A stretch of 64,000 nucleotides of DNA from Parcubacteria group bacterium LiPW_41 (GCA_007375535.1 VMEM01000001.1:103462-167461), one strand, 5' to 3'. Numbered from the stretch's first letter, positions 48,727 through 58,148 are shown. Program-made: numbers and translations. Notes: a model not told the origin generated them from the sequence alone.

Positions 48727-50043
48727 ATGAACAAGGATAGACTACTTCGATGGGTTACAATTTCTTCTTTGTTTTTGGTTCCCTTTAATATCAAAAAGTT
48801 TTTTTTGTTATTAACTAAAAATGAAACCTGGTTTCCGCTTGAGTTTTCAAGTATTTTTTTGTATTTTTCGGAAATTATTATATTGATTCTTTTCCTTTTT
48901 TTGCTTTTTAAAAAAAGAAAAGAAATTTTACAAACAAGTATGTTGGTGTGGCCTACGTTGTTGTTTTTTTTACTTTCCGCTCTATCAATTTTAGTTAGTG
49001 ATACACATATTTTATCCTTATTTTTTTGTCTTCATCTGCTTGTTTCTATTTTTTTCTTTATATCGATTGCGACGGCTATATCTTTGCGCATAATATCTAT
49101 TCGCGACGCAATGAAGGTGCTTGCTGTTTCATCTCTCTTACAAGCAGAGATTGCGATTTTACAATTTATTAATCAAGGATCAATCGGACTAAGATTTTTC
49201 GGAGAAGAAACTATTTCTCTCCTTTCTCGGAATATTGCTCGAATCGATGTTTTTGGCTCTACGTTTATTCGTTCGTATGGGACATTTCCACACCCTAATA
49301 TTCTTGGTGGTTTTTTGGTGTTGGGTGTTGTGGCGTGGATATACCTTTTTTCTTTGCCATCGAAGCAACACGGAATATTTCATCGGTCCCTATCTATTAT
49401 TGGATTGTTTGTTGTTTTGGTTGGTCTCTTGTTTTCTTTTTCTCGTTCTGCTTGGATTGCTGCGGCAATTGCACTTGTCTCTTGTGTTGTAGTTCTTTTT
49501 AAAAACAAATTAAAACACGCTGCTCGTGAAATTGTTTTAATGAGCATGATATTCGCTGTTGTTTTATTTGGGGTGTTTGGGTGGATGGTGTTTTCTCGTG
49601 GAGAAATAAAAAATGATTCAGCGGTAAATGAGCGCGTTGTGTATGTGAATATTGCGCTTGATATGATTGCAGATTATCCGTTTGGTGTTGGGTTTGGTAA
49701 TGGGATGGTTCGTGCAGAACAAGAAGGTAGATACGATTCGTATGGACTCACAAACAAGGCAACACATCAACCAGTTCATAACATCTATCTACTTATAACA
49801 CAAGAAATCGGTGTGGTGGGTATTATTGTTTTTTTGTTTTCTATTTTAACCCTACTTTTTTATAAAAAACGAAAAATACACACACCTGACACGTTGTTTG
49901 TGTATATAATGATCGTCTCTCTTCTTTTTGTCGGTTTTTTTGACCATTACCTTATTACAATAAATTCTGGACGATTGATGTTTTTCTTGGTTTTAGGGAT
50001 AATGGCGGGGCTTTTACAAAAGAATGAAGAAAAGTCCTTGTAG
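48727..50043 (+). CDS. O-antigen ligase (Wzy_C) family polytopic membrane protein
   Basis: About 12 TM helices and a periplasmic loop with FSRSAWIAAAIAL (Wzy_C-like). Confidence 0.6.
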   Translation: MNKDRLLRWVTISSLFLVPFNIKKFFLLLTKNETWFPLEFSSIFLYFSEIIILILFLFLLFKKRKEILQTSMLVWPTLLFFLLSALSILVSDTHILSLFFCLHLLVSIFFFISIATAISLRIISIRDAMKVLAVSSLLQAEIAILQFINQGSIGLRFFGEETISLLSRNIARIDVFGSTFIRSYGTFPHPNILGGFLVLGVVAWIYLFSLPSKQHGIFHRSLSIIGLFVVLVGLLFSFSRSAWIAAAIALVSCVVVLFKNKLKHAAREIVLMSMIFAVVLFGVFGWMVFSRGEIKNDSAVNERVVYVNIALDMIADYPFGVGFGNGMVRAEQEGRYDSYGLTNKATHQPVHNIYLLITQEIGVVGIIVFLFSILTLLFYKKRKIHTPDTLFVYIMIVSLLFVGFFDHYLITINSGRLMFFLVLGIMAGLLQKNEEKSL

Positions 50044-50105
50044 TTGAATGGATACAATATCTCCCTCCGAAGGAGATGATGCAGGTTCGATTCCTGCCAA
50101 GGACA
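50034..50105 (+). tRNA. tRNA-Arg (anticodon CCG); 5' acceptor overlaps the last codons/stop of the preceding CDS
   Basis: Acceptor GTCCTTG/CAAGGAC is a perfect 7 bp. D-stem GTTG/CAAT. Anticodon stem TCTCC/GGAGA with loop CTCCGAA. T-arm GCAGG-TTCGATT-CCTGC. Discriminator A. CCA not encoded. Confidence 0.75.
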
Positions 50106-50248
50106 CAAGAGAATCGAACCGTAGGCGCACAATAATAAGGAGTGGAACACGACTATATTATTGTAGCGTCTCGACCAAAGGGAGAGGCGATTCCTGCCAA
50201 GGACACAAGAGAATCGAACCGTAGGCGCACAATAATAAGGAGTGGAAC
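50089..50248 (+). repeat. Exact 60-nt direct repeat (copies 50089..50148 and 50189..50248, period exactly 100 nt) comprising the tRNA-Arg 3' end (T-loop half + acceptor) plus 43 nt of downstream sequence
   Basis: GATTCCTGCCAAGGACACAAGAGAATCGAACCGTAGGCGCACAATAATAAGGAGTGGAAC occurs twice, seen directly in the sequence. Confidence 0.8.
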
Positions 50249-50318
50249 TTTGGATTGGGAGTAAAAAACAGTTAATAAAGAAACTTTTGTTTTTTAATTA
50301 ACGTTATACAATAACAAT

Positions 50319-51224
50319 GTGAGAATTCAAAAAAATAAGTCATTAACTAAGTTAAATACATTTGGTATAAGAAGTGTTGCAGAATACTTTTGTGAGCCAA
50401 AAAACGATAAAGAGATAGTTGACGCGATTGATTGGGCAAAAAGAAATGGAGTAAGTTGGGTTGTTCTCGGAGGGGGAAGTAATATTGTATGTTCTCCGAT
50501 CGTTTCTGGTTTAGTGATAAAAATACCAAAAGGAAAGACTGTTTTCAAAAAAGGCCTTTTTGTTGTTGATGCTGGTGTTTCACTTGATGATTTTATTGCT
50601 ACAACAGTAACAAAAGGATATAAAGGACTCGAATCGTTATCTTGGATTCCGGGAACCGTTGGTGGTGCAACAATTGGGAATGCGGGTGCGTATGGAACAT
50701 CAATACAAAATTCAATTTCTCGTGTGTGTGTCTTAGTACATGGAGAAGTAAAATGGATAACTAACAAAGCATGTGAGTTTGGGTATCGTGAAAGTGCATT
50801 AAAGCATATGAAGTGTGTGGTGCTGCGAATTGAGTGTGCACTAGAAAAAGGTAATAAAAAAGAGCTACAGGAGAAAAGAAAGAATATTATCTCAATAAGA
50901 AGTAAGAAATTTAAAAAAACCCTTCGGTGTCCCGGAAGTTATTTTAAAAATATTCACATAAAGAACGTTCTAATGTCATCTCTTGAGCGTTTGGATAAAA
51001 CGAAAATTATTGATGGAAAAATACCAGCAGGATATATTTTAGAATTGATTAATGCAAAAAAAGTTTCTTGTGGTGGAATGTGTGTCGCAGATTTTCATGC
51101 AAATTGCATAATTAATGTTGGTGGGGGAACAAGCGATGATGTAAAAAATGTTGCAGAAACATTAAAACAAAAAGTATATGACGAATATGGGATCGTGCTT
51201 GAGGAGGAAGTTCGGTATTTATAA
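50319..51224 (+). CDS. murB: UDP-N-acetylenolpyruvoylglucosamine reductase MurB
   Basis: FAD-binding LNTFGI...VLGGGSN and C-terminal MurB domain. GTG start. Confidence 0.85.
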   Translation: MRIQKNKSLTKLNTFGIRSVAEYFCEPKNDKEIVDAIDWAKRNGVSWVVLGGGSNIVCSPIVSGLVIKIPKGKTVFKKGLFVVDAGVSLDDFIATTVTKGYKGLESLSWIPGTVGGATIGNAGAYGTSIQNSISRVCVLVHGEVKWITNKACEFGYRESALKHMKCVVLRIECALEKGNKKELQEKRKNIISIRSKKFKKTLRCPGSYFKNIHIKNVLMSSLERLDKTKIIDGKIPAGYILELINAKKVSCGGMCVADFHANCIINVGGGTSDDVKNVAETLKQKVYDEYGIVLEEEVRYL

Positions 51225-51226
51225 CA

Positions 51227-51799
51227 ATGAATGAAAAACAAAAAAAATTAGACAGTTTGAGGAGAGAAATAGAGTCAGATAAAAATCTTCCACTTTCAAC
51301 AAATCTCGTATTTGGTGAGGGAGATATAGATTGTAAAATCCTTTTTATTGGCGAGGCACCAGGGGAAAAGGAAGATGAGACGGGAAGGCCGTTTGTTGGA
51401 AGGGCTGGACAACTCCTCACCAAGTCTTTAGAGGAGATTGGACTAAAAAGAGAGGATGTATATATAACCAATATTGTGAAGCGACGACCACCAATGAATA
51501 GAGATCCACTTCCTGAGGAGATTCTTCTATATAAACCATATCTGACGAAACAAATTGAGATAATTAACCCAGTACTTATTGCAACACTTGGAAGATTTTC
51601 AATGAACTATTTCCTTCCTGATGCAAAAATTATGAAAGATCAAGGAAAGCTATTTCGAGTAAAAGATTTTTTTGTATACCCAATACTCCATCCAGCCGCA
51701 GCACTTCGTGGAAATACGATGATGGCTGTATTTAAAGAAAGTATAAAAAAACTTCCAAAAGCAGTAGAAAAGGCAGGGAAGTTAAAATCCACAAAATAG
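51227..51799 (+). CDS. Uracil-DNA glycosylase family 4
   Basis: GEAPG.KED..GRPFVGRAGQLL motif A and HP..AL motif B of family 4 UDGs. Confidence 0.8.
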   Translation: MNEKQKKLDSLRREIESDKNLPLSTNLVFGEGDIDCKILFIGEAPGEKEDETGRPFVGRAGQLLTKSLEEIGLKREDVYITNIVKRRPPMNRDPLPEEILLYKPYLTKQIEIINPVLIATLGRFSMNYFLPDAKIMKDQGKLFRVKDFFVYPILHPAAALRGNTMMAVFKESIKKLPKAVEKAGKLKSTK

Positions 51800-51814
51800 G
51801 ATATAATTATTGTA

Positions 51815-52159
51815 ATGAATTTTTCGGTAGTTTATCTTGTAGAACGATTTATTTATAGAATTTTCGAATTCTTACGTCATTGGTATGTGCGAAGCGCAAG
51901 AATTTATTCAAATTTTATACTTACTAAATTTGAACGCTTAGATAGAAGGCTTGCCCTAGTGGTGACGCTAAAGAATTTGTTTCAACCACTATATAAAGAT
52001 TACACAATTATTGGGTATATAATTGGATTTATTTTTCGTTCTATTCGTCTTATTGTTGCGAGTGTCATTTATATAATATTTTTTTCCGTTGCTGCGATTG
52101 TCTACTTGATTTGGCTTGCTATTCCACCAATTCTCTTTTTGTCTGCTTTGCGTTGGTAA
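51815..52159 (+). CDS. Hypothetical small membrane protein
   Basis: ORF with two C-terminal TM helices. No recognisable domain. Confidence 0.3.
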   Translation: MNFSVVYLVERFIYRIFEFLRHWYVRSARIYSNFILTKFERLDRRLALVVTLKNLFQPLYKDYTIIGYIIGFIFRSIRLIVASVIYIIFFSVAAIVYLIWLAIPPILFLSALRW

Positions 52160-52168
52160 ATAATTCTT

Positions 52169-54682
52169 ATGGAAAAACTATACTATAAAGAACCTAGACT
52201 CTCTCTTTCTGCAACCGGAGAATTTTTTGTCCGAGTAATTGCTTATTCTGCATATGCAGGAACAACAATTGCTGCATTTTTTTTCTTACTTTCAGAGAAT
52301 GCCTCAGAGCGAAGCCTTGGACTTCTTCTCTTGTTATTTATAATCGACAGAGCAATGCACGTTCGACACGGAGAGCGAACGATTTATGAATTAAAAAAAG
52401 GAGATAAAAACGTTGCGCGTTCTTGTTCTCCACAAAGTTATCACATATTGAATTATTCACTTAGGAAGGCGTTGGTTTTAAAAAAGAATTTTAATTTAAT
52501 TCTTCTTTTGGAACTTCTTGGGAGACGAGACATTCAGGAGGCGCTCCGTCGTTTGGGTGTTAAACACAACGATGTTCAAAAAAAAGTTGAAACACTTATT
52601 GAGTCCACTGTGTTGATTGAGGGCGCAGGAAAAGAATATTATTTAAAAAATATTGAATCCCTTGTTGTTGTGGCATTTCAAAATGCAATCGATACTGGAG
52701 AACAATACACGCATCCAAGAAACCTCTTTGTGGCACTTTCGATTTCTGGTGATTCAGCGATCGCAAAGGTGTTTGATCTTTTTAATCTTGAGGAAGAAAC
52801 CGTACAAGAGGCTATTATTTTTGGAAAATGGGGAAGAATGTTTTTTGGAATTAGAAGGATTCCTGCTGTATTAGGAGGCTTTATTCACAATCCTACACAC
52901 CTTAGAAAGAGAGTTATTAATCGTTCTTGGACTGCGCGACCAACCCCAGTTCTTGATCAATTCAGCACCGACCTAACAGAGCTTGCTAATCAAGAGAAGG
53001 TTGGTTTCCTTATTGGACACAACGAAGAAATGAATGTGTTAATTCACACACTTTCTCGTCCTGGAAAACCAAACGCAATTCTCATTGGAGAGCCTGGAGC
53101 GGGAAAAACATCAATGATTGCTCATCTTGCTTACCGGTTAATAAAAGACGATGTTCCTTCGCCTTTATATGACAAGCGGCTTGTTTCTCTTGATATTCCA
53201 GCCCTTATTTCAAACTCAACACCAGAGGTATTGGTGGGAAGATTAAAAGAGATTACAGATGAAGTAATTTTGGCGGGAAATATAGTTTTACATATCCCAG
53301 AACTTCATGATCTTTTTAGAACTGCCAATAATAAAGGGGGCATCAATGCTATTGATGTAATTCTTCCTATAATAAAAAATCAAGCAATTCCAGTTGTTGG
53401 GGAAAGTTTCCCGCGTGAATTTAAAACTTATATAGAGGCGAGAACTGACTTTTTGGATCAGTTTGAATCTATTACTATTAATGAGATTTCAGAGAAAGAA
53501 GCAATACGATTTCTTGTTTACCAAACACTGTTGCTTGAGAAGCAGTACAAGTTATTTATAACATTTCGGGCAATTGAACAATCAGTAAAAATAGCACATA
53601 GATATTTTCATAATAAACTTCTTCCTGGAAGTGCATTGGATTTATTGAAGCAGGCGATTATTGCAGCGAAAGACGAAAGAAGAAAAATACTTGAAGCAGA
53701 GGATATTACAAAAATTGCTGAAACACAAACACGAATTCCAATTGAAAAAGCTGGGGATGATGAAGCACAGAAACTTCTCAACCTGGAAGAGATGATACAT
53801 AAGAAATTAGTAAATCAGTCACATGCAGTATCGTCGGTTTCTCGATCACTTAGAGAATACCGTAGTGGACTTTCACGAAAAGGGGGGCCAATTGCTACAT
53901 TTCTTTTTGTTGGACCGACTGGTGTTGGTAAAACCGAGCTCGCAAAAATTTTAACAAAGATTCAATTTGGGTCTCAAGATTCTATGATTCGTTTTGATAT
54001 GTCTGAATATCAAGACAAACAGAGTATTTCTCGTTTTATTGGAAGCTCAAACGGAGAGAGTTCTGGAGCACTTACTGATGCGGTTTCTAAAACGCCATAT
54101 AGTCTTATACTTCTTGATGAATTCGAGAAGGCACATCCTGATATTTTAAATCTTTTTTTACAAGTCTTTGATGATGGAAGACTTACTGATAATTTAGGGA
54201 GGGTTGTTGGTTTTGAAAATACTATTATTATCGCAACTTCAAATGCTCATTCAGAATTTATTAAAACTGAAATTGAGAAGGGGAGAAAAAGTGGAGAAAT
54301 TGCAGACGATCTAAAGAAAAAACTTACAGACTATTTCAAACCAGAACTTATAAATCGATTTTCCGATATTATTGTGTTTAGGACGTTAACACAAGATGAG
54401 ACAAAACAAGTAGCAAAGCTTTTAATTGGAGAGGTTTCGGGGACGTTGCGGGAATCTCAAGGGATTGATTTAGTAGTTGATGATTCTGCATTGTCCGAAA
54501 TTGCTCGAATTGGATATAGCCCAGTATTCGGTGCTCGCCCATTAAGACAGACAATATCAGAAAATATTAGAAGTGTTCTTGCTGAGAAGATTCTAAGGAG
54601 GGAAATAACTCGTGGGGTTGTTGTTATTATGTCCTTTGTAGATAGTTCGTTTGTGTGGAAAATAGATGGGGATGGGGTATAG
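52169..54682 (+). CDS. Clp/Hsp100-family AAA+ ATPase (ClpC/ClpA-like, two AAA modules) with hydrophobic N-terminal extension
   Basis: Clp_N-like repeats. AAA1 Walker A GEPGAGKTS. AAA2 Walker A GPTGVGKTELAK and sensor motifs. The short linker between modules fits ClpC/ClpA better than ClpB. Confidence 0.8.
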   Translation: MEKLYYKEPRLSLSATGEFFVRVIAYSAYAGTTIAAFFFLLSENASERSLGLLLLLFIIDRAMHVRHGERTIYELKKGDKNVARSCSPQSYHILNYSLRKALVLKKNFNLILLLELLGRRDIQEALRRLGVKHNDVQKKVETLIESTVLIEGAGKEYYLKNIESLVVVAFQNAIDTGEQYTHPRNLFVALSISGDSAIAKVFDLFNLEEETVQEAIIFGKWGRMFFGIRRIPAVLGGFIHNPTHLRKRVINRSWTARPTPVLDQFSTDLTELANQEKVGFLIGHNEEMNVLIHTLSRPGKPNAILIGEPGAGKTSMIAHLAYRLIKDDVPSPLYDKRLVSLDIPALISNSTPEVLVGRLKEITDEVILAGNIVLHIPELHDLFRTANNKGGINAIDVILPIIKNQAIPVVGESFPREFKTYIEARTDFLDQFESITINEISEKEAIRFLVYQTLLLEKQYKLFITFRAIEQSVKIAHRYFHNKLLPGSALDLLKQAIIAAKDERRKILEAEDITKIAETQTRIPIEKAGDDEAQKLLNLEEMIHKKLVNQSHAVSSVSRSLREYRSGLSRKGGPIATFLFVGPTGVGKTELAKILTKIQFGSQDSMIRFDMSEYQDKQSISRFIGSSNGESSGALTDAVSKTPYSLILLDEFEKAHPDILNLFLQVFDDGRLTDNLGRVVGFENTIIIATSNAHSEFIKTEIEKGRKSGEIADDLKKKLTDYFKPELINRFSDIIVFRTLTQDETKQVAKLLIGEVSGTLRESQGIDLVVDDSALSEIARIGYSPVFGARPLRQTISENIRSVLAEKILRREITRGVVVIMSFVDSSFVWKIDGDGV

Positions 54683-54690
54683 TAAGAGTA

Positions 54691-55344
54691 ATGAAGATAA
54701 GAATTTCTTTAGATATAAAAGATTTAACAGTAAATCGCGTGATTCGTCATTTTATTCTTTCCGATTTACTTCTATTGGGTGGTTGGGGACTCATTAGTCC
54801 AGTGTTTGGATTGTTTATTATTAATAATATTCAAGATGCAGATATTTTTTCCGTTGGGGTTTCCGTTGGGGTATATTTGATAATAAAGTCTATTGTTCAA
54901 CTTCCTGTTGCGGTATTACTCGATAAAAAACAAAATGAGAAAACAAGCTTTTATGTACTTGTTTCAAGTTTGATGTTGGCTGGGTTTTCCGCTGTCGCAT
55001 ATTGTGCAGTAGATACTGTTACCGGACTTTATATTGTTTCGGCGTTACAAGGATTTTCGTTTGGGTTGTATACTCCTTCATGGTCTGTTATGTTTTCAAA
55101 GCACTTGGATAGTGGGCATTGTTCATTGGATTGGTCGCTTGATTCTACTACTATTGGAATTGCGTCTGGGGCTGCGGCGATTTTTGGTGGTTTTATAGCC
55201 TCTGCGTTCGGGTTTACCTCAATCTTCATTGTTGCATCATTGCTCTCTTTTGTTGGGGCTTTTGTATTACTTACAGTTCCACATCTTATTTTTCCAAATA
55301 AAACCCAATCAAAAACGATAATCAGCGAACACACACATATATAA
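54691..55344 (+). CDS. Six-TM membrane protein resembling half of an MFS transporter (possible truncated gene)
   Basis: About 215 aa with six hydrophobic helices. The track ORF start (54655) overlaps the clp gene end, so it was trimmed to MKIRISL. Confidence 0.3.
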   Translation: MKIRISLDIKDLTVNRVIRHFILSDLLLLGGWGLISPVFGLFIINNIQDADIFSVGVSVGVYLIIKSIVQLPVAVLLDKKQNEKTSFYVLVSSLMLAGFSAVAYCAVDTVTGLYIVSALQGFSFGLYTPSWSVMFSKHLDSGHCSLDWSLDSTTIGIASGAAAIFGGFIASAFGFTSIFIVASLLSFVGAFVLLTVPHLIFPNKTQSKTIISEHTHI

Positions 55345-55345
55345 T

Positions 55346-55906
55346 ATGAAAACAGAACATTCTGCGGGGATAATAATTTATAGAAAAACAAAAGAAGGTC
55401 CGAAGTTTTTGCTTTTGTATCACGGGGGCCCCTATTGGAATTTTCCAAAAGGAAAACTTGATGGGGAATCGAATTTTAAAGCGGCACTTCGCGAGGTACA
55501 CGAAGAGACTGGCATTTTAGAAAAAGATCTTCGTTTTCGCACATGGTTTAAGGTGCAAGATAAATTTTCTTACACAAGAAACAAAGAGCGAATAAATAAA
55601 ACAGTTACCTATTATTTAGCTGAAACAAAAAAACAAGAGATTAAAATTAAGATAGTTCCTGAAACACACAATGGTGAAAAACACGAAGGGTATGCATGGT
55701 TTTTATATAGGGATGCATCACGATTCCTTATTTCTCCAACACTGAAACTAAACTTAAAAAAAGCATATGCAACAGTTGTTCAACGAAAAAATTTTGTTGG
55801 TGGTAAAGAAGGTTCCCAAGGGCAGAGTAATAACATACAAAGGAATCGCCCGTTTAGCAGGGAACGAGCGCGCGTGTCGAGCAGCAGGGAACGCACTTCA
55901 CAATAA
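55346..55906 (+). CDS. NUDIX hydrolase; C-terminal ~45 codons overlap the next gene in another frame
   Basis: Nudix box GKLDGESNFKAALREVHEETGI. The domain probably ends near 55790; the ORF tail is low-complexity RE/S-rich. Confidence 0.7.
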   Translation: MKTEHSAGIIIYRKTKEGPKFLLLYHGGPYWNFPKGKLDGESNFKAALREVHEETGILEKDLRFRTWFKVQDKFSYTRNKERINKTVTYYLAETKKQEIKIKIVPETHNGEKHEGYAWFLYRDASRFLISPTLKLNLKKAYATVVQRKNFVGGKEGSQGQSNNIQRNRPFSRERARVSSSRERTSQ

Positions 55907-56069
55907 TAAACATCCAGTGGTGGTTCCTTGTCATCGAGTTGTGCGCATGGATGGGGGACTTGGTGGGTATGGAGGGGGACAAAAAAGAAAGAGAGAACTA
56001 CTTCTTTCTGAAGGGGTTCAGATAAAAAATGGGAAGATAGATCTTGATAAATATGGTTGGAAAATATAA
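55767..56069 (+). CDS. MGMT-family DNA-binding domain protein (O6-alkylguanine-DNA alkyltransferase C-domain-like, ~100 aa)
   Basis: Active-site motif PCHRVV with conserved flanking sequence (ITYKGIARLAG...RAAGNAL...GGYGGG). Confidence 0.7.
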   Translation: MQQLFNEKILLVVKKVPKGRVITYKGIARLAGNERACRAAGNALHNNKHPVVVPCHRVVRMDGGLGGYGGGQKRKRELLLSEGVQIKNGKIDLDKYGWKI

Positions 56070-56098
56070 AACCTCCAAAAATGGAGGTTTTATATTTA

Positions 56099-56443
56099 TT
56101 ATTTTACGAATTCTACAATTTTCTTGAATACTGTTGGTTGTTCTTCCGCAAGCATTGCAAGCATCTTCCTATCAAGTTTTACATCTTTCTTTTTAAGAGC
56201 GGAAATAAATGAACTATATTTTGTTCCCTCTGTTCGTGTGGCAGCGTTTATTTTAGTTTGCCAGAGTGAGCGGAAGTTTCTTTTCTTTTCCTTTCTTCCT
56301 CTGAACATTCGAGAAAGTCCGTGAAGGAGTGCTTCTTTTGCGAGTCGCTCTTTTGATTTTCGTCCCCAACGATATCCCTTGGTTAATTTAAGAAGTTTTT
56401 CACGTTTTTTATGCGCGATGGTACCTCGTTTTACTCTTGTCAT
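56099..56443 (-). CDS. rplT: 50S ribosomal protein L20
   Basis: MTRVKRGTIAHKKREKLLKLTKGY... is the canonical L20 sequence. Confidence 0.95.
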   Translation of the reverse strand: MTRVKRGTIAHKKREKLLKLTKGYRWGRKSKERLAKEALLHGLSRMFRGRKEKKRNFRSLWQTKINAATRTEGTKYSSFISALKKKDVKLDRKMLAMLAEEQPTVFKKIVEFVK

Positions 56444-56446
56444 AAA

Positions 56447-56626
56447 TTAGATATATTTCTTTATTGTTGACATTGGAAGTGAAAGTCCTCTATTTGCCTT
56501 CTTTCTTCCAAGTTGTGTTCCCGACTTATTGCTTCGTGAGTGTCCTAATGCCATTGGTCGGCGCGAAACCTTCCCTGACTTAGTTAGTTTTATTCTTTTT
56601 GAGACACTTTTCTTTGTTTTGTTCAT
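56447..56626 (-). CDS. rpmI: 50S ribosomal protein L35 (not in ORF track, 59 aa)
   Basis: Manual translation: MNKTKKSVSKRIKLTKSGKVSRRPMALGHSRSNKSGTQLGRKKANRGLSLPMSTIKKYI*. Sits between infC and rplT as in the conserved operon. Confidence 0.85.
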   Translation of the reverse strand: MNKTKKSVSKRIKLTKSGKVSRRPMALGHSRSNKSGTQLGRKKANRGLSLPMSTIKKYI

Positions 56627-56630
56627 ATAC

Positions 56631-57149
56631 TTATTTTTTCGTAACTTGGGTTATAAATCCTCTTCCTCCTGGTTTCGGGGCTAGTGTAACCTGGTGTGGA
56701 ACAGTTATCATTGCCAAGAACTCATTTAATTTTTGCAACCCCCAATCTTTGTTTCCCTTTTCACGGCCACGAAGAAAGAGATTTATTTCTACTTTGTGCC
56801 CCTCACCAAGAAACTCTTCAACTTTTCGTATTTTTACCATGAGATCATTTTTTCCAGCTCGTGGTGTAATGCGTACTTGTTTTAGGTCTTTTGTTTTTTG
56901 GGTAAGACGTTTTTTCTTTTCTTCTTTTTCCTGTTGGTATCGGAATTTATCAAAACCAATGATTTTTGCAACGGGCGGATTTGCCTGTGGGGCGATTTCT
57001 ATGAGGTCGAGGCCTCGAGCCTTCGCTTCAGTGAGCGCTTGGTCGCGAGTCATGACTCCAAGGTTATCTCCCGTTTCGGTAATTACACGAAGTTCAGGGG
57101 AATTTATTTGATTGTTGATTTTATACTGAATGATACAATCGTACCACAT
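56631..57149 (-). CDS. infC: Translation initiation factor IF-3
   Basis: INSPELRVITETGDNLGVMTRDQALTEAKARGLDLIEI...GKNDL is the conserved IF-3 sequence. The true start may be a downstream non-AUG codon, as is common for infC. Confidence 0.9.
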   Translation of the reverse strand: MWYDCIIQYKINNQINSPELRVITETGDNLGVMTRDQALTEAKARGLDLIEIAPQANPPVAKIIGFDKFRYQQEKEEKKKRLTQKTKDLKQVRITPRAGKNDLMVKIRKVEEFLGEGHKVEINLFLRGREKGNKDWGLQKLNEFLAMITVPHQVTLAPKPGGRGFITQVTKK

Positions 57150-57242
57150 ATTTTAAAAAACGCAATTCCATTTGACAAAAAGTAGCAAAAGAGCTTTAAC
57201 AATAGCAGAACCTACAAAAATCAATAAACAAGGAGAGTTAGT

Positions 57243-57857
57243 ATGAAACACATGTTCCATGAAGTTTTTAACGATAAAGTCCATTCTATGATACAGAAAA
57301 TGGATAAGATTGGATATCCAAAAGAAGCATTGATAATTCTTGCCCAAAAAGTAAACAAATTATGGATTGCTGTCCAAGAAGGAGAAATAAAAGAATTAGG
57401 TAATAATTTCTATCCATTTCTTCCAATAATTCCAACTTCAGTTTTTCCTATTGAGGAACAGTGTTTGTTGTTGGGAATATCAATTCCTGAGAATCCTCCT
57501 TTTAGAGGGAGTGACACATCGGAATCACAAGAGCCATATTTTATCACTAACGTGAACGACGGTTCTGAATTTTTTGAATCGAATATCTCGTCAGCAAGAC
57601 TTTCTATTGAAGATAAAAAAAGAAAATCACTTTCAGATGTTGAAGCTCTTTCTTTATTTTTTCATTCAGATGCTCTTGTTGATCCATTCAAAAACAAAAT
57701 GAGTTGTTTTGCATCACTTGGAACAAAATATTTTTCTTACCCGAGCGAAGAAGAATATATACCGATGTTTGATTTACAATTAGGAAAATTTTTTCTAATT
57801 AGAGATGAAACAAAAACCAATATTCTCTGCCCATCAAAAGGAACCATTGAAGTGTAA
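57243..57857 (+). CDS. Hypothetical protein (204 aa)
   Basis: ORF only; no recognisable motif. Confidence 0.3.
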   Translation: MKHMFHEVFNDKVHSMIQKMDKIGYPKEALIILAQKVNKLWIAVQEGEIKELGNNFYPFLPIIPTSVFPIEEQCLLLGISIPENPPFRGSDTSESQEPYFITNVNDGSEFFESNISSARLSIEDKKRKSLSDVEALSLFFHSDALVDPFKNKMSCFASLGTKYFSYPSEEEYIPMFDLQLGKFFLIRDETKTNILCPSKGTIEV

Positions 57858-57861
57858 ACAC

Positions 57862-57927
57862 GCCCCGCAATTCGCGGGGTATTTATTTACATAAAAAAAT
57901 AACCCCGCGAATAATTGTGCGGGGTTT
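57862..57927 (+). terminator. Tandem pair of GC hairpins (CCCCGC...GCGGGG twice) with T-rich tails
   Basis: Hairpin 1 at ~57863..57879 then TATTTATTT. Hairpin 2 at ~57903..57924 then TTTGAAT. Confidence 0.55.
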
Positions 57928-58090
57928 GAATAAAGGGAAAAAACTGTTGTTTGCTTTAAAAATAAAAGCTTAAAATCAAAGTACCTTATACTTTGGAGAG
58001 AGAATATAAATAATTTTCAAGGTACTTATATATAATACAATATTTGAATTGACAAACAAGCGGAGAACTGTGGATAACTTTTCGCTCACA

Positions 58091-58148
58091 AACAATAATA
58101 CTTTTCAGGAGACTTTACCGATTTAGTCTCTTGAAAAGTATTATTGTT
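58091..58148. repeat. Near-perfect 24-bp inverted repeat with 10-nt spacer (58-nt hairpin/palindrome)
   Basis: AACAATAATACTTTTCAGGAGACT ttaccgattt AGTCTCTTGAAAAGTATTATTGTT, with one mismatch in 24. Flanked by ttcgct on both sides. Confidence 0.7.

Noticed and set aside
50100-50148. T-loop-like GGTTCGATTC on the minus strand of the repeat unit, a possible second tRNA
   Set aside because: The flanking 5-mers do not pair to form a T-stem, and no acceptor or anticodon arms can be built.
56599-57111. 170-aa plus-strand ORF
   Set aside because: It lies entirely antisense to the well-supported infC gene and its composition is typical of a shadow ORF.
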